Shown here: positions 25,760 to 36,325 of the stretch, piece after piece
Numbering within the stretch: position 1 is the first letter of the stretch
How the letters are laid out: every line of letters begins with the position of its first letter
Assembly (NCBI GenBank): GCA_017304945.1
Contig: JAFKLG010000069.1
Location: 61,936-125,935, forward strand
Reading direction: 5' to 3'
Length of the DNA: 64,000 bases
DNA from: Rhodospirillales bacterium
GTDB lineage: Bacteria > Pseudomonadota > Alphaproteobacteria > Acetobacterales > Acetobacteraceae
Notes under the pieces: generated by a model
What the model was told of the DNA's origin: nothing
The model's database searches: none
Seen by the model: only the letters and a program-made list of their open reading frames with translations
Made by a program: the position numbers and the translations under genes

Positions 25760-27505
25760 TCATCGCAGGTTCCCCCCGACCGGCAGGGCGAAGCCACCCA
25801 GCGCCTGGCCGGGCGTGAGCGGCGGGACCTGGTCGGCAATGGCGCCGGCCGGCCGCTGCCACCCGCCGCCCAGCGCCTTGTAGAGCGAGAGCAGCGCCTG
25901 GAAGCGGGCGAGGCGCACCTGCACCAGCGTGTCCTCGGCATTGAACAGCGTGGTTTCGGCGGTCAGCACCGTGGTGACGTCGACGGTGCCGGCCTGGAGC
26001 TGGGCGCGGGCGATGTCGGCGGCCCGCTGGGCGCGGGCCACCGCGACGCGCTGCAGCCGCTCCTGTTCGGTGGTGAAGCGCCAGGCGGTCAGCGCCAGGT
26101 CCACGTCGGTGAAGGCCTGCACCACCGCCTTGCGGTAGGCGGCCAGGAATTCCGCGTATTCCGCCTTGCTGAGGTCGAGCTGGCCGCGCAGCGTGCCGCC
26201 GTCGAAGATCGGCTGGGTGAGGCCCGAGGCGAGCGAGAGCAGCACGCCGCCCGGTCCGATCAACTGGTTCAGCGCCGCGGCCTGGTAGCCGGCCGACCCG
26301 GTGAGCTGGATGATCGGGAAGAACGCCGCGCGGGCCACCTGGACGTTGAAGTTCTGCGCCACGAGCTGGGCCTCGGCGGAGGCAATGTCGGGCCGCCGCT
26401 CGAGCAGGGTCGAGGGCAGGCCGGGCGCGACCTCCGGCAGGGCGAGCGTGTCGAGCGTGCCGGGCTGCACCGAGACCGCCTCGGGCGGGCGCCCCACCAG
26501 GATGCCCAGGCCGATCACCTGCTGGTCCATCTGGTTCTGCAGGTTGGGGATCACCGCCTGCTCGAGCGCGACCTGGGATTCCTGCTGCGCGACGTCGAGT
26601 GCATTGGCCGTCCCGGCGGCGAAGCGGCCGCGGATCACCGCGAGCGTCTGCTGGGCGTCGGCCAGGTTGCGCCGCGCGACGGCCAGCCGGTCGGCAAAGG
26701 CCAGGGCGGTGAACCAGGTGTTGGCGACGTTGCTGACCACGGTCAGCGCCACGGTCTCCTGGTCGAACCGGCTGAACATGGCCAGCGCCGCGGCACTGGC
26801 GCGGGTGGCGCGGGCGCTGCCCCAGAAGTCGATGTCGTAGGCGGCGTTCAGGCCGATCGCGTAGCTGCGGGTCTCGACCGCGCGGCTGCTGCTGCCGCCG
26901 AGGCTGCTGCTGCTGCTGAAGCGCGACGAGCCGGTGCCCAGCCCGGTGCGCTGCCACTGCGCGCTGCCGGTCGCATCGAGCGTCGGCAGCAGTCCGGCGC
27001 CGGCGATCCGGAGCTGTGCGTCGGCCTGGCGGACCCGCGCCAGCGCCGCCAGGATATCGAAGTTGGCGGTGCGGGCGTCGGCGATCAGCGCATCGAGTTC
27101 GGGGGAGCGGAAGCCCTTCCACCATTGCGGGGACGGCCAGGCCTGGGCCGCGGTCGCGGTGCTGGCGCGATAGGCGGGCGGAATCTCCTGCTCCGGCGTG
27201 TGGTAGTCCGGGCCGAGGCTGCAGCCGGCGAGCAGGCCGGCGCCGAGCAGCAGGCCGAAGCGCCGCCCCCATGCCGCGCCGCGCCCGGGCGAGTTCCCGC
27301 GCCGGGGCGCTTCCCTGCACGCGGGCGTTGCGCTGGCGCCGAGTGCCTTCCCGGATCCGGGCGCCAAGGCGGTGCGGGCGACGCTTGCGAGCGATCGAGG
27401 CACCGTCAGCGCGACCTCCCGGCGCAAGTCGGCAGGGCAGCGGGCGAACCGGCCAGGTTCAGCGGAGTGGCGGGGCGAGCAACGGACACGGCAGCTTCGT
27501 CCCAT
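25760..27505 (-). CDS. NodT-family outer membrane efflux lipoprotein (OMF) of the RND operon; start codon unresolved
   Basis: Lipobox LLAGC followed by SLGPDYHTPE, with two OEP repeats. There is no in-frame ATG close to the signal peptide (see finding at 27266-27272). The ORF is open to 27505. Confidence 0.8.
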   Translation of the reverse strand: MGRSCRVRCSPRHSAEPGRFARCPADLRREVALTVPRSLASVARTALAPGSGKALGASATPACREAPRRGNSPGRGAAWGRRFGLLLGAGLLAGCSLGPDYHTPEQEIPPAYRASTATAAQAWPSPQWWKGFRSPELDALIADARTANFDILAALARVRQADAQLRIAGAGLLPTLDATGSAQWQRTGLGTGSSRFSSSSSLGGSSSRAVETRSYAIGLNAAYDIDFWGSARATRASAAALAMFSRFDQETVALTVVSNVANTWFTALAFADRLAVARRNLADAQQTLAVIRGRFAAGTANALDVAQQESQVALEQAVIPNLQNQMDQQVIGLGILVGRPPEAVSVQPGTLDTLALPEVAPGLPSTLLERRPDIASAEAQLVAQNFNVQVARAAFFPIIQLTGSAGYQAAALNQLIGPGGVLLSLASGLTQPIFDGGTLRGQLDLSKAEYAEFLAAYRKAVVQAFTDVDLALTAWRFTTEQERLQRVAVARAQRAADIARAQLQAGTVDVTTVLTAETTLFNAEDTLVQVRLARFQALLSLYKALGGGWQRPAGAIADQVPPLTPGQALGGFALPVGGNLR

Positions 27506-27865
27506 CTGTGTGTAACGGGTCTATGTCCGCCGCGTCGCCCGAGGACAAGTACGAAACGGTGCCTCGGTTCCTGGACCGGGGCGGCAGTACGGCAGCCGCC
27601 ACGCGATCGTGGTACGCCTCTCGCCGTCACGGCGGCGCGGGCGATCGCAGCGCGACGGGCGGCGGCACAGGGCCGCCTCGATGGGCGAGCCGGCGCGGAG
27701 CGAGCGGGAAAGCCGAGTGGGGACGGGTGCCGGGGTGCGCCGGCGGGTCCGATCAGACCCGCGCGGCGGCATGCCTTCGTCTGAAACAATCTTGCGCGGA
27801 GCGCGGCGATATGCAAATCACCGCGCCCACAGGGATCAAACCGTTTTCATGGGAGACGTCCGGGG

Positions 27866-28610
27866 GTGAACGACACCATCCTGGAAACCGCGGGCATGAC
27901 CCGCGAATTCAGCGGCTTCGTCGCAGTCGACGGGGTGAACCTGCGCGTCCGGACCGGCACGATCCACGCGCTGATCGGCCCGAACGGCGCTGGCAAGACC
28001 ACCTGCTTCAACCTGCTCACCAAGTTCCTGCAGCCAACGCGCGGCACGATCCGGTTCAAGGACCGCGACATCACCGGCTTGAAGCCGGCCCAGGTCGCGC
28101 GTCTCGGCCTCGTGCGGAGCTTCCAGATCTCGGCGGTGTTTCCGCACCTGACCGCGCTCGAGAACGTGCGTCTGGCCCTGCAGCGCGCGCGGGGCGCGAG
28201 CTTCGACTTCTGGCGGTCGGATCGAGCGTTGAGGGTGTACGACGACCGTGCGCACGAGCTGCTGTTCGACGTGGGCCTGTCGGGCTACGCCGAGACGGTG
28301 GTGACGCAGCTCCCATACGGGCGCAAGCGGGCGCTGGAGATCGCGACCACGCTCGCGCTCGATCCGGAGATGATGCTGCTGGACGAGCCGACGGCGGGCA
28401 TGACCCACGGCGACGTCGACCTGATCGTGCAGCTGATCCGCCGCATCCGTGCCAACCGCACGATCCTGATGGTGGAGCACAACCTCTCGGTGGTGGAGGG
28501 CCTGTGCGACACCATCACCGTCCTGACCCGCGGCAAGGTGCTTGCCGAAGGCGACTACGCCTCGGTCTCGAAGAACCCCGAGGTCGTCACCGCCTACCTG
28601 GGAAGCGAGC

Positions 28611-28618
<8 letters not shown>
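27866..28618 (+). CDS. livG: Branched-chain amino acid ABC transporter ATP-binding protein (LivG-like)
   Basis: Walker A GPNGAGKTT, signature LPYGRKRALEIA and Walker B MLLDEPTAG. GTG start. Confidence 0.85.
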
Positions 28619-29306
<688 letters not shown>

Positions 29307-29346
29307 TCGTTCCCCGCAAAGCCGGTCGTTCCAAAGGAAACGTCCC

Positions 29347-30573
29347 ATGCGTCTCTCCCGCCGCGCACTGCTCGCCGCCTCGACCGTCGCCGTCGCCGCG
29401 CAGCCCGCACTCCGCGCCCGTGCGCAGGCGGCACAGACGATCAGGATCGGCTGCCTGACCGACATGTCGGGTCCCTACAAGGACCTCGCCGGCCCGGGCG
29501 CCGTGGCCGCCGCCAACCAGGCGGTGGAGGAGTTCGGCGCCGCCGGCAAGGGGCTGAAGGTCGAGGTGCTGGTCGCCGACCACCTGAACAAGCCCGATGT
29601 CGGCACCACGATCGCGCGGCAATGGTTCGATCGCGACGGCGTCGACGTGCTGGTCGAGGTGGCGAATTCGGGCGTCGCGCTCGCGGTCGCCGGCGTGGCC
29701 AAGGAGAAGAACAAGGTCTACCTCAACTCGGGTGCCGCCACCTCCGACCTGACCGCGGCCGCCTGCAACGCGAACACGATCCACTGGGCCTATGACACCT
29801 ACATGCTGGCCAAATCGACCGGCGGCGCGATGGTGAAGGCCGGTGGCGACTCCTGGTTCTTCGTCACCGCCGACTACGCGTTCGGCAAGGCGCTGCAGCG
29901 CGACACCACGAGCTTCGTCACCGCCGAGAACGGCAAGGTGGTCGGCAGCGTGACCTATCCGTTCCCCGGCACCTCCGATTTCTCCTCCTACCTGCTGCAG
30001 GCGCAGTCGAGCGGCGCCAAGGTCCTCGGCCTCGCCAATGCGGGCACCGACACGATCAACACGATCAAGCAGGCGAAGGAATTCGGCCTGAAGATGCAGC
30101 TGGCCGGCCTGCTGCTGTTCATCACCGACGTGCACTCGCTCGGCCTCGACGTCGCGCAGGGCATCGCGCTGACCGACAGCTTCTACTGGGACATGAACGA
30201 CCGCGCCCGCGCCTTCTCCAACCGGTTCTCGCCCCGCGCGGGTGGCGCGCGCCCGACCATGGTGCAGGCCGGCGTCTACTCCTCGACCCTGCACTATCTG
30301 AAGACCGTCATGGACATGGGGCCCGCCGAGGCACGGAAGGACGGCGCCGCCACCGTCGCCCGCATGAAGGCGATCCCCACCGACGACGACTGCTTCGGCC
30401 CCGGCTCGATCCGCATCGACGGGCGCAAGATCCACCCGTCCTATCTCTGGGAAGTCAAGACGCCCGCCGAGAGCAAGGGCGCCTGGGACTACTACAAGCC
30501 GGTTGCCACCACCCCTGCCGACCAGGCGTTCCGCCCGCTCGACAAGGGTGGTTGCCCCCTGGTCAAAGCCTGA
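29347..30573 (+). CDS. ABC transporter periplasmic substrate-binding protein (Leu/Ile/Val-binding, type I PBP family), copy 1
   Basis: Tat/Sec-like signal MRLSRRALLAASTVAVAAQPALRARA, then IRIGCLTDMSGPY, typical of the LivK-like/amide-binding family. Confidence 0.8.
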   Translation: MRLSRRALLAASTVAVAAQPALRARAQAAQTIRIGCLTDMSGPYKDLAGPGAVAAANQAVEEFGAAGKGLKVEVLVADHLNKPDVGTTIARQWFDRDGVDVLVEVANSGVALAVAGVAKEKNKVYLNSGAATSDLTAAACNANTIHWAYDTYMLAKSTGGAMVKAGGDSWFFVTADYAFGKALQRDTTSFVTAENGKVVGSVTYPFPGTSDFSSYLLQAQSSGAKVLGLANAGTDTINTIKQAKEFGLKMQLAGLLLFITDVHSLGLDVAQGIALTDSFYWDMNDRARAFSNRFSPRAGGARPTMVQAGVYSSTLHYLKTVMDMGPAEARKDGAATVARMKAIPTDDDCFGPGSIRIDGRKIHPSYLWEVKTPAESKGAWDYYKPVATTPADQAFRPLDKGGCPLVKA

Positions 30574-30590
30574 CTCCGAAGGAACGTCAC

Positions 30591-31814
30591 ATGACCATCT
30601 CACGCCGTACCCTTCTGTCCGCCGCCGCCGCCTCCTCCGCCCTGCCGCTCGTCCGCGCCCGCGCCCAGGGCGCGCCGACGATCAAGATCGGCGTGCTGAA
30701 CGACCAGTCGGGCCCCTACACCAACACCGGCGGCGTCACCTCCGTGATCTGCACCAAGCAGGCCGTCGAGGAGTTCGGCAACAAGGGCTTCAACGTCGAG
30801 GTCATCTCGGCCGACCACCAGAACAAGCCCGACCTCGCGGTCTCCATCGTGCGCCAGTGGTTCGACCGCGACGGCGTCGACATGCTGCTCGACGTGCCGA
30901 CCTCCTCGGTCGCGCTGGCGGTGCAGGGCGTGGTGAAGGAGAAGAACAAGGTCTACCTGAACGTCGGCGCCGCCTCCGCCGCGCTGACCGGGGAGCAGTG
31001 CTCGCCCAACTTCATCCACTGGTGCTACGACACCTACATGCTGGCCAAGTCGACCGGCGGCGCGATGGTGAAGGCCGGCGGCACGAGCTGGTACTTCCTC
31101 ACCGCCGACTACGCCTTCGGCAAGCAGCTCCAGTCCGACACCACCGCGCTGGTCAACGCCGCCGGCGGCAAGGTGATGGGCTCCTCCGCCTATCCGTTCC
31201 CCGGCACCACGGACTTCTCCTCCTTCCTGGTGCAGGCGCAGTCCTCCGGCGCGAAGGTCCTCGGCCTCTGCAACGCCGGGGGCGACACGGTGAACTCGAT
31301 CAAGCAGGCCAACGAGTTCGGCCTGAACAAGTCGATGAAGCTCGCGGCGATGCTGATGTTCATCACCGACGTGCATGCCCTCGGCCTCGACGTGGCGCAG
31401 GGCCTGAACCTGACCGAGAGCTTCTACTGGAACCTGAACGACCGCACCCGCGCGTTCACCAACCGGGTGAAGCCGAAGACGCCGAACAACTGGCCGAACA
31501 TGATCCATGCCGGCTGCTACTCGGCCACGCTGCACTACCTGAAGACCTGCGCCGACATGGGCGCGGCGGAAGCGAAGAAGGACGGCGTCGCCACCGTCAA
31601 CCGCATGAAGAAGATGCCGGTCGACGACGACTGCTTCGGCAAGACCACCATCCGTGAGGATGGCCGCAACCTCGTCCCCGCCTACCTCTTCCAGGTGAAG
31701 ACCCCGGCCGAGAGCAAGGGTCCGTGGGACTACTACAAGACGGTCGTCGAGACGCCCGGCAACGAGGCGTTCCGCCCGCTGGCCGACGGCCACTGCTACT
31801 TCATCAAGGCCTGA
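30591..31814 (+). CDS. ABC transporter periplasmic substrate-binding protein, copy 2 (tandem paralog)
   Basis: ATG at 30591 (MTISRRTLLSAAAASSALPLVRARAQG). Collinear with copy 1 over the full length, with long identical blocks (e.g. DTYMLAKSTGGAMVKAGG, SSGAKVLGL, VKTPAESKG). Confidence 0.8.
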   Translation: MTISRRTLLSAAAASSALPLVRARAQGAPTIKIGVLNDQSGPYTNTGGVTSVICTKQAVEEFGNKGFNVEVISADHQNKPDLAVSIVRQWFDRDGVDMLLDVPTSSVALAVQGVVKEKNKVYLNVGAASAALTGEQCSPNFIHWCYDTYMLAKSTGGAMVKAGGTSWYFLTADYAFGKQLQSDTTALVNAAGGKVMGSSAYPFPGTTDFSSFLVQAQSSGAKVLGLCNAGGDTVNSIKQANEFGLNKSMKLAAMLMFITDVHALGLDVAQGLNLTESFYWNLNDRTRAFTNRVKPKTPNNWPNMIHAGCYSATLHYLKTCADMGAAEAKKDGVATVNRMKKMPVDDDCFGKTTIREDGRNLVPAYLFQVKTPAESKGPWDYYKTVVETPGNEAFRPLADGHCYFIKA

Positions 31815-31850
31815 CAACGACAAAGGGAACGGCGCGGCCGGGAAAACTCC

Positions 31851-32738
31851 ATGTTCATGATCTTCGGCATTCCTGGCCCGCTGCTCTTCGGGCAGCTTCT
31901 GCTCGGGCTGATCAACGGTGCATTCTACGCCATGCTCTCGCTGGGCCTGGCGGTGATCTTCGGCATGCTCAACATCATCAACTTCGCCCACGGGGCGCTG
32001 TTCATGATGGGCGCCTTCGTCTCCTGGATGCTGCTGACCTACGTGGGGATCGGCTACTTCCCCAGCCTGATCCTGGCGCCCCTGATCGTCGGCATCTTCG
32101 GCCTGCTGCTCGAGAAGACGATCATCAGCCGGCTCTACAAGCTCGATCACCTCTACGGCCTGCTGCTGACCTTCGGCCTCGCGCTGGTGATCGAAGGCCT
32201 GTTCCGCAACGCCTACGGCTCCTCCGGCATGCCCTACCGCATTCCGTCCGTGCTGCAGGGCGCGACCAACCTCGGCTTCATGTACATGCCGAACTATCGC
32301 GGTTGGGTGGTGCTGGTCGCGGTCGTGGTCTGCCTCGCCACCTGGGCGATCATCGAGAAGACCTCGCTGGGCGCCACGCTGCGCGCCGCCACCGAGAATG
32401 CGCCGCTGGTGCAGGCGTTCGGCGTCGATGTGCCGCGCCTGATCACCCTGACCTATGCCGGCGGCGTCGCCCTCGCGGCCTTCGCCGGCGTGCTCGCCGC
32501 GCCGATCTACTCGGTGAACCCCAACATGGGCACGAACTTCATCAACACCGTGTTCGCGGTGGTGGTGATCGGCGGCATGGGTTCCATCATGGGCTCGATC
32601 GTGACCGGCTTCGCCCTCGGGGTCATCGAAGGGCTCACCAAGGTCTTCTACCCCCAGGCCTCCGCCACCGTCGTCTTCCTGGTGATGGTGATCGTCCTGT
32701 TGACCCGGCCGCGTGGCCTGTTCGGAAAGGCCGCCTGA
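31851..32738 (+). CDS. livH: Branched-chain amino acid ABC transporter permease (LivH-like)
   Basis: 295-aa polytopic protein of the BPD_transp_2 type (INFAHGALFMMGAF). Confidence 0.85.
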   Translation: MFMIFGIPGPLLFGQLLLGLINGAFYAMLSLGLAVIFGMLNIINFAHGALFMMGAFVSWMLLTYVGIGYFPSLILAPLIVGIFGLLLEKTIISRLYKLDHLYGLLLTFGLALVIEGLFRNAYGSSGMPYRIPSVLQGATNLGFMYMPNYRGWVVLVAVVVCLATWAIIEKTSLGATLRAATENAPLVQAFGVDVPRLITLTYAGGVALAAFAGVLAAPIYSVNPNMGTNFINTVFAVVVIGGMGSIMGSIVTGFALGVIEGLTKVFYPQASATVVFLVMVIVLLTRPRGLFGKAA

Positions 32739-32740
32739 GC

Positions 32741-33673
32741 ATGTTCGGTTTCTCTCGTGCCCAGTCCATCGCCTTCCTGGCGATGGTCGCACTGATCGTG
32801 ATCTGCCCCTACGTGCTCTACCCCGTCTTCCTGATGCGCATCCTGTGCATGGCGCTGTTCGCCTGCGCCTTCAACCTGATGATCGGCTATGTCGGGCTGC
32901 TGTCGTTCGGCCACGCCGCCTTCTTCGGCATGGGCAGCTACATCGCCGCCTGGACGATGAAGAACTGGCAGGTCGACGCCGTGGTGGCGATCGCCCTGGG
33001 CGGCCTGACCGGCGCCGCACTCGGCCTCGTTCTCGGCTACCTGGCGATCCGCCGCTCCGGCATCTACTTCGCCATGATCACCCTCGCGCTTGCGCAGATG
33101 GTCTACTTCTTCTGCCTCCAGGCGCCGTTCACCGGCGGCGAGGACGGCATCCAGCAGGTGCCCCGCGGCACGCTGTTCGGCGTGTTCGACCTGTCGAACG
33201 ACATGACGATGTACTGGGTCGTCGCCATCATCTTCATCCTCGGCTTCCTGATGGTGCACCGGATCATCCACTCCCCGTTCGGCCAGGTGCTGAAGGGCAT
33301 CCGTGAGAACGAGCCGCGGGCGATCTCGCTGGGCTACCGCACCGACGACTACAAGCTGATCGCCTTCGTGCTGTCCTGCCTGATCGCCGGCGTCGCCGGC
33401 GGCACCAAGGCGCTGGTGTTCGGCATCGCCACCCTGACCGACGTGCACTACGCGACCTCGGGCGAGGTGGTGCTGATGACCCTGCTGGGCGGCCTCGGCA
33501 CCGTGTTCGGGCCGATCATGGGCGCCACCGTGGTGGTCAGCATGGAGAACTACCTGGCCCAGTTCGGCGCCTGGGTGACCGTGACCCAGGGCGTGATCTT
33601 CATGATCTGCGTGCTCGCCTTCCGCCGCGGCATCATCGGCGAAATCGGCGGCTACCTGCGCCTCGCGCTCTGA
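32741..33673 (+). CDS. livM: Branched-chain amino acid ABC transporter permease (LivM-like)
   Basis: ATG at 32741, 3 nt after the livH stop. Polytopic, with LLSFGHAAFFGMGSY, typical of LivM. Confidence 0.85.
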   Translation: MFGFSRAQSIAFLAMVALIVICPYVLYPVFLMRILCMALFACAFNLMIGYVGLLSFGHAAFFGMGSYIAAWTMKNWQVDAVVAIALGGLTGAALGLVLGYLAIRRSGIYFAMITLALAQMVYFFCLQAPFTGGEDGIQQVPRGTLFGVFDLSNDMTMYWVVAIIFILGFLMVHRIIHSPFGQVLKGIRENEPRAISLGYRTDDYKLIAFVLSCLIAGVAGGTKALVFGIATLTDVHYATSGEVVLMTLLGGLGTVFGPIMGATVVVSMENYLAQFGAWVTVTQGVIFMICVLAFRRGIIGEIGGYLRLAL

Positions 33674-33745
33674 TGTGATCCAACGGCGTTTGCAGGGGCG
33701 GGTCGCGGCATTGCCGCACCCGCCCCGAACCGCTAAGCGCCCGCG

Positions 33746-34201
33746 ATGCATGCCACGCTGCAACGCCTCGCCCGCCGCCTGCCGCCCCCGCTCGCGCGGC
33801 ACGCCACCGACCAGCGGCTGCGCACCCTCGTCCAGTTCACCCAGTTCGGCACCGTCGGCCTCGCCGGCCTCGTGGTCGACACCGCCACCGTCTATGCCCT
33901 GCGCGGCCCGCTCGGACTGTACGGCGCCGGCCTCGCCGCCTACGCCACCGCCGCGACCACCACCTGGCTACTCAACCGGATCTGGACCTTCCGCGGCCAG
34001 GGCAGCGGCCCGGCGCACCACCAATGGGCGCGCTTCGTCGCCGCCAACCTGGTGGGCTTCGTGCTGAACCGCGGCGCCTACGTGCTGTGCGTCGCCTTCA
34101 TCCCGCTCGCCGCCCGCCAACCGGTGATCGCCACCTCCGCCGGCGCGATCGCCGGCATGTTCGTGAACTTCAGCCTCTCGCGCCGCCTCGTGTTCCGCTG
34201 A
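33746..34201 (+). CDS. gtrA: GtrA-family membrane protein (polyprenyl-phosphate-sugar handling)
   Basis: 151 aa with four predicted helices. GtrA-like motifs FGTVGLAGLVVDTA, NRIWTFRG and NFSLSRRLVFR. Confidence 0.75.
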   Translation: MHATLQRLARRLPPPLARHATDQRLRTLVQFTQFGTVGLAGLVVDTATVYALRGPLGLYGAGLAAYATAATTTWLLNRIWTFRGQGSGPAHHQWARFVAANLVGFVLNRGAYVLCVAFIPLAARQPVIATSAGAIAGMFVNFSLSRRLVFR

Positions 34202-34406
34202 CGGCGACGCGTCCGGTCGCACGTCACTCTCCGAATGCGGCGGAATCGCCCGCCGACATCGCCCCGGGGCGTTCGCGTTACGTTCCAAAAATGCGCCTGG
34301 AACAGAAAAATTTCACGCGTTCTATACCCATGCATGCGGCATTAACCGCGCGCTGACCTCTGCCGCGCCATGACTTGCCCGTCGGTCAAACGACGAAGGC
34401 AAGGCT

Positions 34407-35186
34407 ATGTTGGACTATGCCGGTCACGCCCTCGCGCGGTCCCGAGACCCGCATCTGATCCTCGATCGGGTCCCCTACCACCCCGCCCTCCACGCGCGCT
34501 CCGCGCCCCTGCCCGCCCGCCGCTCGGACGGCATGCGCCCCGACCGGGGCCGTCCCGCCGCCCCGGCGCACGGCGTCGGCGTCGCGGGCGCCCGGGTGAA
34601 GCGGCTGCTCGACGTCACCCTGGCCACGCTGCTGCTGCTGCTGCTCAGCCCGCTGCTGCTGCTGGTCGCGATCGCGATCCGGCTGGACAGCCCCGGGCCG
34701 GTGCTGTTCCGCCAGTGCCGCGTCGGGCTGCACCAGCGCCCCTTCGACCTGCTCAAGTTCCGCACGATGTACCACCACGCGCCCTCGGCGCTCGATTGCC
34801 GCCAGGCGACGCGGGATGATCCGCGCATCACACGGGTGGGTCACTGGCTGCGCTGCACCTCGTTCGACGAGCTGCCGCAACTGGTGAACGTGCTGCGGGG
34901 CGAGATGTCGATGGTCGGGCCTCGCCCGCACACGCAAGGCACCTGCGCCGGCGGCCGCCCGTTCGAGGAGGTGGCGCCGCATTACGCCGCGCGCCACGCG
35001 GTGCGTCCCGGCATCACCGGCCTCGCGCAGGTGCGCGGCTGGCGTGGCGAGACGGACACCGAGGAGAAGCTGCTCCGCCGCATCGACTGCGACCTCGAAT
35101 ACATCGCCACCTGGTCGCTCCGCCTCGATCTCCTGATCCTCTGCCGCACGCTCGTCAGCGTGCTCGGCATGCGCAACGCCTATTGA
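34407..35186 (+). CDS. Polyprenyl-phosphate sugar-1-phosphate transferase (small 'bacterial sugar transferase' / ExoY-WbaP C-terminal family)
   Basis: KRLLDVTLATLLLLLLSPLLLLVAIAIRLDSPGPVLFRQCRVG...LLKFRTM and DELPQLVNVLRGEMSMVGPRP. The start is uncertain (ATG at 34407 or 34533). Confidence 0.8.
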   Translation: MLDYAGHALARSRDPHLILDRVPYHPALHARSAPLPARRSDGMRPDRGRPAAPAHGVGVAGARVKRLLDVTLATLLLLLLSPLLLLVAIAIRLDSPGPVLFRQCRVGLHQRPFDLLKFRTMYHHAPSALDCRQATRDDPRITRVGHWLRCTSFDELPQLVNVLRGEMSMVGPRPHTQGTCAGGRPFEEVAPHYAARHAVRPGITGLAQVRGWRGETDTEEKLLRRIDCDLEYIATWSLRLDLLILCRTLVSVLGMRNAY

Positions 35187-35197
35187 GGAGCCGCGCC

Positions 35198-36325
35198 ATG
35201 CCTGGAACCCTGCTCTGCGACACGGTCGCCACGCGGCCCACTCCGGGCCCGGCGACACCGCCGCGCGCGGACACGCCCCCTGCAATCGCGGCGACTTCGA
35301 CAGCTCGCGACCTGCCCGACGGACGCCCCGACCTGCCCTCCGACATGCCTTGGGACTGGGCGGTGGGGATCACGCCCCATTTGTCGTTCGCGCCCACCCC
35401 GCGCGTCGCGGTGCTGATCCCCTGCTGCAACGAGGAAGTCGCGATCGCCAAGGTGATCGCCGACTTCCAGGCCGTGCTGCCGCACGCCACGATCTACGTG
35501 TACGACAACAACTCGACCGACCGCACCGTGTCCGCCGCCCGTGCCGCCGGCGCGCTGGTGCGGAACGAGCGCCTGCAGGGCAAGGGCCACGTCGTGCGCC
35601 GCATGTTCGCCGATATCGAGGCGGACGCCTTCGTCCTGGTGGACGGCGACGACACCTACGACGCCAGCGCGGCGCCCGGTATGATCGCGCTGTTGCTGGG
35701 CCAGCAGCTCGACATGGTCTCCGCGGTGCGCGCGCCGGACGACGGCGCCCAGGCCTATCGCCGCTTCCACCGCTTCGGCAACGCACTGCTCAGCGGGTTC
35801 GTCCGCCATGCCTTCGGCTGCGGCGTGCGAGACATGCTGTCCGGCTATCGGGTGTTCAGCCGGCGCTTCGTGAAATCCTTCCCGGCGCTCTCGACCGGCT
35901 TCGAGATCGAGACCGAACTCACCGTGCACGCGCTCGAGCTGCGCATGCCGATCCAGGAAGTGTCGGCGCCGTATCGCGGCCGCGCCGCCGGCTCGCGCTC
36001 CAAGCTGCGCACGCTGCATGACGGCTGGTGCATCCTGCGCACCATCCTGCATCTCATCGAGCACGAGCGGCCGATGCTGTCCTTCGGCGTGACGGCGCTG
36101 GCGATGCTGGTCACCGGCCTCGGTCTCGGCCTGCCGGTGGTGTGGGAGTTCGTGGCGACCGGCCTGGTGCCGCGGCTGCCGACCGCGCTGCTCGCGACCG
36201 GACTCGTGCTGCTGTCCTTCCTCGCCCTCACCTGCGGGCTCGTGCTCGACGCGCTGTCGCGCGGACGCAAGGAGCTCAAGCGGATGGCCTATCTCGGCAT
36301 CCATCCACTCGGGGACGTGCTCTGA
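35198..36325 (+). CDS. Family 2 glycosyltransferase with a C-terminal two-helix membrane anchor (GtrB/DPM1-like polyprenyl-phosphate glycosyltransferase)
   Basis: VLIPCCNEE, DNNSTDRT and VDGDDTYD (DxD), plus C-terminal hydrophobic helices. ATG at 35198. Confidence 0.8.
   Translation: MPGTLLCDTVATRPTPGPATPPRADTPPAIAATSTARDLPDGRPDLPSDMPWDWAVGITPHLSFAPTPRVAVLIPCCNEEVAIAKVIADFQAVLPHATIYVYDNNSTDRTVSAARAAGALVRNERLQGKGHVVRRMFADIEADAFVLVDGDDTYDASAAPGMIALLLGQQLDMVSAVRAPDDGAQAYRRFHRFGNALLSGFVRHAFGCGVRDMLSGYRVFSRRFVKSFPALSTGFEIETELTVHALELRMPIQEVSAPYRGRAAGSRSKLRTLHDGWCILRTILHLIEHERPMLSFGVTALAMLVTGLGLGLPVVWEFVATGLVPRLPTALLATGLVLLSFLALTCGLVLDALSRGRKELKRMAYLGIHPLGDVL

Noticed and set aside
25370-27784. 804-aa plus-strand ORF, plus the overlapping 575-aa minus-strand frame 25593-27320
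   Set aside because: These are alternative frames of the OMF gene region. Only the 25760-27505 frame shows the lipobox and OEP repeats.
27506-27865. Possible small gene or riboswitch in the spacer upstream of livG
   Set aside because: The ORFs here (27406-27816 minus, 27609-27869 plus) are Arg-rich with no RBS. I see one imperfect hairpin (about 27797-27822) but no recognisable riboswitch core, so the evidence is insufficient.
30600-32792. 730-aa minus-strand ORF
   Set aside because: It is antisense to the second SBP gene and livH, and its translation is low complexity.
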